The position numbers and the translations under genes were made by a program. From the NCBI GenBank assembly GCA_002269645.1, contig NIVC01002494.1:62001-126000 (forward strand): a stretch of DNA of 64,000 nucleotides, written 5' to 3'. The DNA comes from Macrostomum lignano. Taxonomy: Eukaryota. The notes below the pieces were generated by a model that had not been told where the DNA came from, ran no database searches, and was given only the letters and a program-made list of their open reading frames with translations. Below are positions 39,416 to 51,228 of this stretch, piece by piece (the first letter of the stretch is position 1; each line of letters starts with the position of its first letter).

Positions 39416-40397
39416 GGTATCCAGTCAATCCGGCGACAAGACGATCCGGCGACAGACAATCCGGCGACAGTCAATCCGGCGACAGACGATCCGGCGACAG
39501 ATATTAAATCAAGAATTCAGGATATATCAGCATATAGTTAAGCTATTATTTTTAGGTCTTTATTATTACTTAGTAATACTTAAATAATAAAACAAAAATT
39601 ACCTGAACTATAATTTTTGCAGTTTTATTATTACAGCTGTACATAGCTGTTGATTTTCAAAATGTTATTTTCAAAGAAAGGTTGTGTTTCGCCGGCTAAT
39701 TTTTCTGGATTGTTTAGCTAATTTCTAGATTAATTTCTTTCTGAATACAATTTTATCTGTTAAATCTGCTTGGAAATCAAATTTGTATGACTATGATCCA
39801 ATATTATATTCTACACTATTTGCTTTTCCGCATGTACATGTAAATATAAACACCATTTGCCAATCTGAACACAACTGAACATTGAACACATTGAACATTG
39901 AATATATTTCACATTTTAAAACATCGAGATGGATGATTAATGTTTTGTAATCATTTTTTTCTGTTTTAAAATTGTCACTTACTTTTAAGCATGAGTGATC
40001 AGTGGTTACATTAGGTGCAGAAAAGTCATGAATGATTGAATATTTTGATCTCTAATGCATGTACATGTATCTCCAAGAACATTTCAGCCTCGACAGTCTG
40101 CTAGTATCTGTCCCCACTGTCTATATATTTTTATAGGGGTAGCTTTCTTTGAAAATGACATTTTGAAAATCAACAGCTATGAATACAGCAGTAATAACTG
40201 CAACAATTGTAGTTTAAGTAATTGTTATTAAAGTATTTAAGTACAAGTACAAAGAGCTAAAAATAGTAGCTCAACTAATCCATATATATGCTAATATATG
40301 TTGATTTTATATCTGTTGCTGAATTGTCTGTCGCCGGATTGACTGTCGACGGATTGTCTGTCGCCAGATTGTCTTGTTGCCGGATTGTCTGGAAGCC
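39416..40397. mobile_element. Non-autonomous Mutator-like (MULE/foldback) DNA element, 982 bp, about 260-bp TIRs, 9-bp TSD GGTACAAAT
   Basis: Identical 9-mer at 39407-39415 and 40398-40406; termini GGTATCCAG.../...CTGGAAGCC; TIRs contain 15-bp subrepeats (GACAATCCGGCGACA) and stay alignable from 39416-39682 to 40397-40142. A solo terminus copy lies at 40576-40618. Confidence 0.85.
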
Positions 40398-41049
40398 GGT
40401 ACAAATTATATTTTAACTAGATATTAAATATGTAATATACAAAAGGAGTAGGCCACTAGGTACAAAGAATAAAGGCGCATGACTAAGACTGCCACACACT
40501 AAGACCACCACAGCTATTACTGGCTACTGGTATTGAGGGAGAGCTACCAATCTTCTAGGATTGCTATTCCTTTCAGGCTTCCAGACAATCCGGCGACAAG
40601 ACGATCTGGTGACAGACAAGTAACATTAAAGTTCAGTCAAAAGTTTAAGAAAAGAATAGTCCTGTGCAAATGACTACAAACTAAGAAGCTTGTATTAGCT
40701 CAATATTCTTTGGTTGAATGCTACTTTTGTTTTTTTTTATGGTCAAAAAGTAAGTGCTCAGGGAATAAAGATTTAAGCTTCACTTTTTGAATGACCCTGG
40801 CATTCTATATATTAGCTCAGTATTCTGTGACTTAAATAGGATTTTAAGTTTGGTAGGCCCTATTGGCCCTATTTTTGAAGCTAGACCTAGGCCTATAGGC
40901 TAAGTCAAATAGCTATTAGACTTGAAATCACTATCTATTTGCATTTCAAGAGGTTTTATATGCCTTCTTTACTAAAATTTCAATGCTAAATGCCTATACT
41001 ATGGGTAAAGAATAAAAATATTTTAAGATATATTATCTAGTTAGAGAGG

Positions 41050-41540
41050 TATCTAGCTTTCTTAGCTAGTATCTGGCTTCTTTAGCTAGCATCTGGCTTC
41101 TTTAGCTAGCATCTGGTTTCTCTAGCTAGCATCTGGCTTCTAGGCTTATTTTTTTGTGCACAGTGTGCATATACACCTTAAATTTTAAATCACATCCTGA
41201 AATTGAAAAGTGGATGCAGTTTAGGTGCATTCTCATAACCTATTTTTCCATTGAAGCCTCATTTGTACTGCTTTAAAAATAAGAAAAAAGAGAAATTACA
41301 CTTAAAGCCTTAAAATTGAGCATAGGGTCCAATTTTGCACCTTGTCTCTGGTGAAAAATAAAACCCTATCTGGCTTCTGTAGCTAGATGGCTTTTCTAGC
41401 TAGCATCTAGCTTCTCCAGCGAGCATCTGGTTTCTCTAGCTAGTATCTGTCTTCTCTAGCTAGCATCTGGCTTCTCTAGCTAGCATCTGGCTTCTCTAGC
41501 TAGCATCTGGCTTCTCTAGCTAGCATCTGGTTTCTCTACC
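41050..41540. repeat. 20-bp repeat CTAGCTAGCATCTGGCTTCT in two blocks (41050-41140, 41365-41540)
   Basis: Direct reading. Confidence 0.85.
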
Positions 41541-41666
41541 TGGAGAAGTCCATGCTTATTGTACCCATAAATCCAGACCTCTTTCTATCCTCAGTGCGTA
41601 TTCCCTCCCCCAGCCCCATTCTATAGAGTGAGTTTACATACAAGTTGCATGATGTCTATGGGGGGG

Positions 41667-42010
41667 GGGTCATAGCCTAGTGGTCTAGCGTGGCGCTCTG
41701 ATGTACCAGCGGCCCAGGCTCGATTCCAAGTGCAGTCACATTAATTTAGGGCTGAATTGGAATCTTGGCTTGGTTCTGCTCAGTGCAATTCACGCCCTTG
41801 ATGGTTAACCCCCCAAAATCACAATGAAGTAAATAAAGTTAGGGCCGCTGTACATTCCTGTGTGTGTGCTTGTGCTTATGACTGTGTACATATCCGCGCA
41901 CTTGTTTGCCTGCTCAGGGAGTCTGCTGAATGGGCAGTAATGCCTCTCGCTGGTTGTGTGAACAAAGTCGCTTAAAGTGCGCCAGTGTGCACACAGCCTC
42001 TAATAAAAAA
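41667..42010 (+). mobile_element. Probable tRNA-derived SINE
   Basis: Pol III A box TAGCCTAGTGG (41673-41683) and B-box-like GGCTCGATTCC (41717-41727) at tRNA-like spacing, but no complete cloverleaf; continues into unique body ending in AATAAAAAA near 42002-42010. Confidence 0.55.
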
Positions 42011-42161
42011 TGCATAATGTCTATGCCCCAAACCAATGTTTTACTTTGATTGCTCCTAGTCTTAGCCAGAGTAAAAAGGCAATCACTATAGAGAGGAATT
42101 TGAAGCTGTTATTTAGTCTTGCACTTTATCAAACTTCAGCGCCCCCCATCCCGCTACTACG

Positions 42162-45100
42162 ATGAGTTTTGGAAGGCGCAACAACTTCATGGATCCAAAC
42201 TTCGATGGTCGTCGAGGTCGTCAGATGACTTCGCCAAAAGCGTCAGCTCTGCCTGGCGGCCCAGCGGGCCCTGCCGAAGGATTCAACGATAATGTGCCGA
42301 ACGGATTGTTGAAGACAGCTAAGCAGACTGGAGTGCTGAATCTTTCTAATAAAGATTTGTCTCATGTGCCCGATAAAGTGTGGCAGGTGAGTTGCTGGTC
42401 TTTTGGCCTCTAGCTGGCTAGTTTCTTGCCAAGAGGGGGAGATTCTCCCCAAGTCCGCCACTATAGCAATGAGATTCTCCCCAAGTCTACCACTATAGCA
42501 ATGAGATTCTCCCCAAATCCACCACTATAGCAATGAGATTCTCCCCAAGTCCACCACTATAGCAATGAGATTCTCCCCAAGTCCGCCACTAAAGCAATGA
42601 GATTCTCCCCAAGTCCATCACTATAGCAATGAGATTCTCCCAAGTCCACCACTATAGCAATGAGATTCTCCCCAAGTCCACCACTATAGCAATGAGATTC
42701 TCCCCAAGTCCACCACTATAGCAATGAGATTCTCCCCAAGTCCGCCACTAAAGCAATGAGATTCTCCCCAAGTCCGCCACTAAAGCAATGAGATTCTCCC
42801 CAAGTCCGCCACTAAAGCAATGAGATTCTCCCCAAGTCCGCCACTAAAGCAATGAGATTCTCCCCAAGTCCATCACTATAGCAATGAGATTCTCCCCAAG
42901 TCCACCACTATAGCAATGAGATTCTCCCCAAACCCGCCACTAAAGCAATGAGATTCTCCCCAAGTCCGCCACTAAAGCAATGAGATTCTCCCCAAGTCCA
43001 CCACTATATCAATGAGATTCTCCCCAAGTCCGCCACTAAAGCAATGAGATTCTCCCCAAACCCGCCACTAAAGCAATGAGACTCTCCCCAAGTCCGCCAC
43101 TAAAGCAATGAGATTCTCCCCAAGTCCGCCACTAAAGCAATGAGATTCTCCCCATATCCATCACTGTAGCAATGAGATTCTCCCCAAATCCATCACTATA
43201 GCAATGAGATTCTCCCTAAGTCCGCCACTAAAGCAATGAGATTCTCCCCGATCCGCCTCTACATTGGTTGAACTTCAAGTCACAGCGCAGTCCCAGAAGC
43301 CCCACCTGCAACCCACTTGGCAGCTGGCCAACAGCGCGGACGCCTCCCCAGCCGACATCGCACTGGACAGATCCGGGGACAACGGGCCGCGCTGGTGGGA
43401 GGTCGCAGAGCTGACGAAGCTCTACCTGTCAGCCAACAGGCTGGAGTCTCTGTCCGAGTCCATCGTCAAGTTTCCCCATCTGGCAGTTGTCGATGTCCGG
43501 GACAACCGGCTGATCCGCCTGCCTGACGCCGTCGGGCAGCTCGCCGAGCTGCGCAGCCTCAACGCCTCGAAGAATCGGCTGATCGAGTTGCCGCCCAGCC
43601 TGGCCGCCAGCGGCTCCCTTGTCCAACTGAGCGTCTCGGCCAACTGCCTGTCTGAATTGCCGCCGGACATTGGCCGGCTGGACAGTCTGTCCGAGTTGGA
43701 CATTGCGGACAATCAGCTGACCGGCCTGCCGGACAGTATCGCCATGCTGCGCTGCCTCCGCTGTCTGGAGGCCGGCGGCAACCGGATTGACAGCCTGCCA
43801 GCTGGGGTGGCCTATCTGCCGGCCTTGAGTCGCCTTGGCCTGGCCGGCAACCGGCTCGAGCACCTGCCAGGCGGCCTCTATCCGGCTCTGGAGGTGCTGG
43901 ACCTGTCCGACAATCAGCTGACCGACCTGCCGCCAATTGGAGCCGATCCAGATTCGCCAGCCAAGCTCAAGGAGTTGCACCTGGTTAATAACAGGATTAG
44001 CCGGCTGTTGCCAGACAGGCTCCGTCCGCTGGGCGTCAGCCTTCGCCATCTGGATCTGAAGCGCAACTGCCTGTCTGAACTGCCCGTCGAGTTGGCTGGG
44101 TTGCTGCCTCTGCTTGAGCGATTGGACCTCACTAATAACGATTTGAGCAGCCTGCCAAACGAGCTCGGCCTGCTCACTGGGCTGAAGTGCATCCTGCTGG
44201 ACGGCAATCCGCTTCGAGCCCTGCGTCGCGAAGTTGTTGCCAGGGGCACTGAGGCCATCAAAAAGCATCTGGCTTCGCGCATCGCCCAGCCCGCGGCTGC
44301 CGAGGCCGCCGTTGACGCCGCAGCCGCCGTTGCCGCCGCCGCCGCTGCCGCCGTCGCTTCTGGCGGCTCCGCTACGGAAGTCGCCGCAGCTGCGTCCGCC
44401 TGTAGTAAAAAAATCAGCAAAAAGGACCCGGCCCCCAAAACTGCTCTGCAGGTGAGGTGAACTGAAGCAAATCCTCATTGGGAGTCAGTCTGTCTCAGAA
44501 ACCCCCATTGAGAGTCAGTCTGTCTCAGAAACCCCCATTGAGAGTCAGTCTGTCTCAGAAATCCCCATTGAGAGTCAGTCTGTCTCAGAAATTCCCATTG
44601 AGAGTCAGTCTGTCTCAGAAACCCCCATTGAGAGTCAGTATGTCTCAGAAATCCCCATTGAGAGTCAGTCTGTCTCAGAAACCCCCATTGAGAGTCAGTA
44701 TGTCTCAGAAATCCCCATTGAGAGTCAGTCTGTCTCAGAAATCCCCATTGAGAGTCAGTCTGTCTCAGAAATCCCCATTGAGAGTCAGTCTGTCTCAGAA
44801 ATCCCCATTGAGAGTCAGTCTGTCTCAGAAATCCCATTGAGAGTCAGTCTGTCTCAGAAATCCCCATTGAGAGTCAGTCTGTCTCAGAAATCCCCATGAA
44901 GAATCGAACCCGTCCCGAACCCGCAGGCCCTGCAACAGCAGTTCGGCCTGGATCTGGGCGAGCTGCGCGTCACCGGCAGTTTAAAATATGCCGACAAGCG
45001 AGTAGCGGAAGTGCCGGAACCGCTGCTCGAACTGTTGGCCAACAACTCGGAGACTGGCGTCAGCGTGACCCGGATTGACCTCTCCGGCAACGAGTTGGCT

Positions 45101-45277
45101 GGACTGCCCGAGCGGCTGGCGAAGCCGCCGTTCGCCGACAGCCTCCTGGAGGTGTCGCTTCGCAAGAATTGCCTGGTTGGTCAGCTGGACGCCGGAGTGG
45201 CTCAACTGGCTTCACTGACGGTGAGTCTGGGCGTTGGGCTGGTGGGGGCCTGTCTACTACTACTACTACTACTACTG

Positions 45278-45325
<48 letters not shown>

Positions 45326-45756
45326 ATACTAATACTAATACTACTACTACTACTACTACTGCTCATTTGCAGGTATTAGATCTGTCAGTCAACCAGCTCA
45401 CCAGCCTACCCATGGAGGTGTCCCAGCTCAAGCAGCTACAGAATCTCGTGCTGTCCTACAATCGCATAGCAGAATTTCCCGAGCCGCTGTACAGTCTGCC
45501 CCGCCTGGAAACCGTCCTATTGGCTAATAACTGCATCGCGACTTTGCAGCCGGACAGACTGCGCGGCATGAGCAGGTTGGCCACGCTGGATCTGACCAAT
45601 AACAGCTTGGCTACGGTGCCTCCCCAGCTGGGCCTGTGCACCAACCTGCGCAATCTGCACCTGGAGGGAAACCGGTTTCGGGTGCCGCGGCCCGATCAGC
45701 TGGCCAAGGGCACCGCTTTTGTGCTAGAATACCTGCGCAATAGGATTGCCGGTTAG
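42162..45756 (+). CDS. LRRC40: Leucine-rich repeat-containing protein 40, 4 exons: 42162-42386, 43324-44451, 44927-45220, 45373-45756
   Basis: VPNGLLKTAKQTGVLNLSNKDLSHVPDKVWQ and RWWEVAELTKL match the LRRC40 N-terminus; two LRR blocks; C-terminal FRVPRPDQLAKGTAFVLEYLRNRI; three phase-0 GT-AG introns. Confidence 0.88.
42440..43250. repeat. 32-bp minisatellite GAGATTCTCCCCAAGTCC(G/A)CCACTA(T/A)AGCAAT, about 25 copies, LRRC40 intron 1
   Basis: Direct reading. Confidence 0.95.
44475..44897. repeat. 30-bp minisatellite GAGAGTCAGTCTGTCTCAGAAATCCCCATT, about 14 copies, LRRC40 intron 2
   Basis: Direct reading. Confidence 0.95.
45255..45360. repeat. (CTA)n microsatellite, LRRC40 intron 3
   Basis: Direct reading. 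Confidence 0.95.
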
Positions 45757-46259
45757 AATTGGATTTGATTACAGATTTAGTGCGCTATGATTACTACTCG
45801 AATAAGTAGTTTACAGCTTAGCATTATTGCAATTCAAAATGAGATTAATAATTTGAGCATTTTTATTTTCAAGCAAAGACTTTGCTTAGGTGCACAGAGA
45901 TGTCAATATCGAGATAATAGCTTCATTTTTAAGGTTTCACTTACCCGTGAATGCGACGGTGTCCGTTGACTGTTCTGTACCAGTGCTCTGTGTATTAAGC
46001 ATTCATGTCACACAGCATTGTCACAGGTAACAAATAAATGCTTGTAAAAGTGCCTGCTTGTGTGCTCAATTTTCCTTTTTTTAATGCATACAAATTATAC
46101 AGTTTAATATTGATTTCTTGATTTACGTTGCATAAATTCCATTCAGTGAGGGGCAAAGAAAACAGTAAGCGAACAGGTGGCGCAAACGAGGCCGGAACCG
46201 GCAAAGTACTTTATTTTTAGTACCGAAACTGTCGCTCTCTCTCCTCGCATTTTGGAGAC

Positions 46260-46890
46260 TTTGGCTCGCACACTGAAGCCAGGACAAAACAGATAATGAT
46301 GGCGTTCACGCTAATAATTCGGAGTTTTAGGATCCGAGAATAAAACAATTTGACAGCTATTGGATTTGCGATTTAGTCCAGTGACTGGGTTGGCTTAGAA
46401 ATTAAGATTAATTATGAGCAGATTGAATACATTGAATGAATGGTGGGTCAGGCTTGAGAATACCAATTTGGTTTGATTGCAGTGCAGATAATCGTAAATC
46501 ACAGGGTATTCAGAGGCTAAACAGGTTCGGGATACAGCATAGCTACGAGCGTACTTCTTATCTGACTCTGAAAATCCAAGTAGAGAAACATCTCGCTGCT
46601 GACTGAACTGCGAGCTCACTGGATCAGCCACTGCTGTGCAGATACCGCGAGGACAGCCGGAGCGCAAACCAGACAGTTCCAGCACTGAGCCACGCCAGAT
46701 CCACATTTAGTTGAGCTGACGATTTCGCCTGCGTCGAGTTTCGAGGCGACGACTTGGCCGTGGAATTTTTTTGGTTGTTCACCAAATGCTGCGCCACAGT
46801 CGTTTGGGGTGAGTTGTGCGGAGTCTTATAGTCGGTTAGTTCGCACCATCGCTTTTTGTCTTTAGTGACTAGCTTACGAGACATACTCGA
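46260..46890 (-). pseudogene. 3' fragment (end of last exon + 3' UTR) of the CLCA-like gene; frameshifted; truncated at a (CT)n tract
   Basis: Direct-repeat similarity to 48793-49400; NSTAKSSPRNSTQAKSSAQLNVDLAWLSAGTV shared; a 5-nt insertion shifts the C-terminal frame. Confidence 0.8.
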
Positions 46891-46892
<2 letters not shown>

Positions 46893-46942
<50 letters not shown>

Positions 46943-47340
46943 TCTCGTTCATTTCTCTTTTATCTCTACCATATCTCCCCTTCTCTCTCTCTCCCTTTTA
47001 CCCTCCTTCTCTCATCCAACTCCCCCATCTCTCCTTCATTGTCCTCCATCTCTCCCACTATCAGTCCCATTCTCCCCCCATTTTTCCCATTCTCCTATCT
47101 CTTACCCATCTCTGTCTGTACAGCTCCATGCACAGTCTTCCAGCTCTTCTGTCTCCCATTCCCGAACACATCTCTTTTCTTTCTCATCTCCAACCATCTC
47201 TGCCCCATCTCTACCCTGCTTTTCGTCAGTCTACCCTATTTTTCCATCTCTCTTATGTCTCAATATTCTCTTCTCAAAATATTTTTTCCATTTAACTCAT
47301 ATATTTTGTTCCACTTAAATAATTCCTATCTACATCTCCC
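46893..47340. repeat. (CT)n microsatellite grading into CT-rich low-complexity sequence
   Basis: Direct reading. Confidence 0.8.
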
Positions 47341-47879
47341 TAGTCCTGCTTTTGCCTTGTAGCCAACTTGTATTCCAATTTTCCTGGCCTGTCCGCATGC
47401 CTGGTTTCCCAGCCATGGACTTCAATATTGGTCTTCAATATTGACACTCTATATGGCCGGGCAGCCAAAATCTACAATTAATATTGACAGATCAAGCTTC
47501 ATTTTTGACAAATTCTGTTTTAATTTCGACAATGCTGAGAGAATTCGGTAATACAGTAATTCAATAAAAGCCTGAACGGTGCTAAAGCAGCTCATTCTGA
47601 CCTTGTTTTGGAGATCTACAAGTACTGATCAAAAATTTTCTGCATCCTCTCATACACTGACAAAAATATCCTGACTTAAAAAATTCGGGTACCCGAAAAT
47701 TCCAATTCATTCTTGACAACTCTTAATCAATATTAAACAGTTTACAATCAATTTAAACAAGAGAAAAGCTTGGAAATGTCGAAGCAGTCTTTTTTCTATG
47801 GCAGTTTGCTTTTATCTATGTCTTGAGGCTGCCTGTGCCTCGAATCTAATTATTGGCTACCTGCTTCAGTTTTTTTTTG

Positions 47880-48500
47880 ATTTTTTGGGATTTCTGGGAC
47901 AGACTGACTCTAAATGGGGATTTCTGAGACAGATCCTGACTCCCAATGGGATTTCTGAGACAGACTGACTCTTAATGGGATTTCTGAGACAGACTGACTC
48001 CCAATGGAATTTCTGAGACAGACTGACTCCCAATGGGATTTCTGAGACAGACTGACTCCCAATGGGATTTCTGAGACAGACTGACTCCCAATGGGGATTT
48101 CTGAGACCCACCAGCGCGGCCCGTTGTCCCCGGATCTGTCCAGTGCGATGTCGGCTGGGGAGGCGTCCGCGCTGCTGGCCAGCTGCCAAGTGGGTTGCAG
48201 GTGGGGCTTCTGGGAGCTTGAAGTTCAAGCAATGTAGAGGCTGATTGGAGAGAATCTCATTGCTATAGTGATGGATTTTGTGGAGAATCTCATTGCTATA
48301 GTGGTGGATTTGGGGAGAATCTCATTGCTATAGTGGTGGATTTGGGGAGAATCTCATTGCTATAGTGGTGGATTTGGGGAGAATCTCATTGCTATAGTGG
48401 TGGATTTAGGGAGAATCTCATTGCCATAGTGGTTGGTGGATTTGGGGAGAATCTCATTGCCATAGTGGTTGGTGGATTTCGGGAGAATCTCATTGCTATA
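47880..48500 (-). pseudogene. Inverted partial duplicate of LRRC40 (intron-1 array end, start of exon 2, intron-2 array) with most of exon 2 deleted
   Basis: 48107-48240 is the reverse complement of about 43256-43398; it is flanked by the inverted 32-bp array (48245-48500) and the inverted 30-bp array (47885-48106); junction reads CTGGTGGG|TCTCAGAAATCCCC. Confidence 0.9.
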
Positions 48501-49160
48501 TTTGCTATTCATAATGTAAAGATCATTAAATCAAGGCTTGCAATAGCATAATTAAGGAAGTCAATACTGTGTAACTCACCGATTTTCCTCTGAAAGTACT
48601 TTACTTTCAGGTCACAGAAGGCATTATTTTAACTAAAGGCCAATTGTTGTAGTGCGCTTGGAACAAATTGATCAGCTGATTTCCAGTATTTCTGCACAGT
48701 GTATTTGTAATTTTATCAATCTGAGCGCTTGCCCATCATGCACAAATTCATACCGAAATATTTAGTCATTTAGTCATGCCAATACCTGCCAGTTTGGCTC
48801 GTACACTGAAGCCAGTGCAAAACAGATAATGATGGCGTCCGCGCTAATAATTTATGAGTTTTAGGATCGGAGAATAAAACAATTTGACAGCAATTTGATT
48901 TGCGATATCAAAGCAATTAAGTACACTGACTGGGCTGGCTTAGAAATTAAGATTAATTATCAGCGGATTGAATGCATTGAATGAATGGTGGGTCAGGCTT
49001 GAGAATACCAATTTGGTTTGATTGCAGTGCAGATAATCGTAAATCACAGGGTATTCAGAGGCTAAACAGGTTCGGGATACAGCATAGCTACGAGCGTACT
49101 TCTTATCTGACTCTGAAAATCCAAGTAGAGAAACATATCGCTGCTGACTGAACTGCGAGC

Positions 49161-51228
49161 TCACTGGATCAGCCACTGCTGTGCAGATACCGTGAAGACA
49201 GCCAGAGAGCAGACGGTTCCAGCACTGAGCCACGCCAGATCCACATTTAGTTGAGCCGACGATTTCACCTGCGTCGAGTTTCGTGGCGACGACTTTGCCG
49301 TGGAGTTGGCTGTTGACTTGGCCTTGTTCGGGTCATTCGTTAAACTTTGCGCCACAGTCGAGTCGAGTTCGCACCATTGCGTTCTGTCTACAGCAAATGG
49401 CTCTTTAAGCGATGTCATCGTCTTGGCATAAATAAAGTGAAGACTAGACTCACTGGACACGTTCGCAGCGGAAATGGCAATCACTGCTATCCACATTTGA
49501 GGCTCATTCAGAGCCATATACTGGCTGTAGATGTTCACCGAAGATTGGTTGGTGACGGCCAGTTCTGGACAGGAGCTATAGTTACGGCCCTTTGAAGTGG
49601 TGCAGCTGTCCCCTGATTTTTCGTAGCGAATGCTGTAGACAGGCACTTCTGTTGGCGGTAATTTAGATGCTCATAAGCGTCAAAATAAGTGAAATTTGCA
49701 TGGCGGCTGCGCAATGGATATTTGGGATACTGTTTACTCTTTGAACAGAATGCCAAAGAGTGTGCTTTTGTAACTTAATGGCGTGAAAAATATACATATC
49801 GGTACAATTCATATTTCAGCTTGTATTTCAACAATCAGCAGAGCTGCTGCAAGCGTTGCACCTACCTGCTTTAGGCGGGAGTAGACCAGACGGATCTTCA
49901 ACGGGATACCATTTGATCTCAAATATTTTGCTCGCGTTATTCAAGTTACTTTTATAGATCCACGTAACTTTTTCAGGCACAATACGACGTCTGTCAAAGT
50001 TGGGGTCCTCCGCCTGAACTGTCAAAGTGCCGGCAGACAATTCCACTTGGAGCGGGTACGTGACTTTCACAGTGACATCGTATTGACCAGCTTTCTGTAC
50101 TGCATTAAGTGGTATCTGGGCGGTGAATACTCCGTCACCTGTACGAAGAAAATGCGAGTAAAATGAGTCTTAAATCGTTGTCTGAGAGTAACAGATTTAA
50201 TCCAGCTACTGAAAGTTTAGTCTTTACTCACTGCGACGTTGTTCGAATATACAAAATCGAGCCACTTCCGTGTTGCCTGCTTCGACCACTGCGTACATGC
50301 GATACTTGTGTTGAATTTGGGATGTTGGTAACAGATACACGTCGACACTGATTGAAGTATCATACTTGACCATTTTTACTTTTTTTGGTGACACTTCAAA
50401 GATAGAATCTTTAGGAAGCCAATGAGGTCGTGCCGTGATAACTACACGCATGTTTGTCGCCGCCTGTCTGCGAATCCGGCGTGCGAGACCGACTGCGAGA
50501 TTCGCCAGCGTCCACTTTCCACTCTGTTGGAGTGGCGGGTTTGAGGCAAGGCGATTTCTATTGGTTTAAGCCTAAAAGTTTAATAGTCTTAGTCTTACTA
50601 ATTAACTGCCCTAATAATTATTTCTATTTATGGCTTATCTGCCCCTGAAAAAGCATATTTAAATTGTAGTGAATGGGAAAGTCAGTTTTAGTTTAGTGTA
50701 ACACACTGTTACAGTAACTGTTAATATTTCACTTTCTTTTGTGTTCTACTTTTGCCGTCGTAAAGTAATCCCTCCAGCAAGCGAGAACATTGGCTCATAA
50801 TGCACGTAATTGGCTCAACTCACCTCAACCTCTGCATCAGGAATTTGCATTGTCACGGATCCGACTGCAACATCGACTGTGCAAACGGCGCTGCTGCCAC
50901 CAGAGCAATCGAAAGTCCTACCGCTCGGCGACCGAAGCATGAGGCGCAGAGAGTCAACCTTGGCGGGATCGCTTGGCAGAAACAGCGAGAAGACGAGATT
51001 GCTGCGAGCGCTGACGTCTAATTCCACCGGATACCGTAGGTCAAAGGGAACTTGCCTCGAATCCAGCTGCTTGTCATGCACGTCGCCGTCTGCGGATATT
51101 TGCACAAAGACTGGGAAGTCGTTATAGTAGCCGTCATCAGCGAGATGCAGTTTGCTTGACGCATCGAGCTGGATGCAAAAAGCAGCCAGAAAAGTCATGA
51201 AGATTGTGCTGGCGTTTTTTAGCCTCAT
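49161..51228 (-). CDS. Secreted/membrane-anchored CLCA-like protein, copy A (about 485 aa), apparently lacking the metalloprotease and VWA domains. Exons 51228-50824, 50523-50232, 50138-49866, 49648-49161
   Basis: Signal peptide MRLKNASTIFMTFLAAFCIQLDAS; KLHLADDGYYND (cf. CLCA IQLNNNGYEG); LRSPSG...MQIPDAEVE|SGKW (cf. LWDPSG...LQIPGIAKVGTW); DGVFTA and GQYDVTV (cf. DDGVYSRY, GRYSVKV); FnIII-like IKWYPVED/YSIRY/MWIAVIAISAANVSSESS; hydrophobic C-terminus. The first three exons and their splice sites are conserved with copy B. Gene model is firmer than the family call. Confidence 0.65.

Noticed and set aside
41667-41740. Functional tRNA gene
   Set aside because: A/B boxes are present but acceptor and anticodon stems do not pair properly; treated as a SINE head.
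43429-44478. Long antisense/overlapping ORFs on GC-rich exons (here, and over M13, SOBP, OXSM and RAD54B)
   Set aside because: Expected shadow ORFs of high-GC coding sequence; no independent motifs.
46395-49233. Near-identical short ORFs 46395-46706 and 48940-49233 as a separate conserved protein
   Set aside because: They lie mostly in the duplicated 3' UTR of the CLCA-like gene; identity reflects the duplication, and they lack a convincing start or domain.
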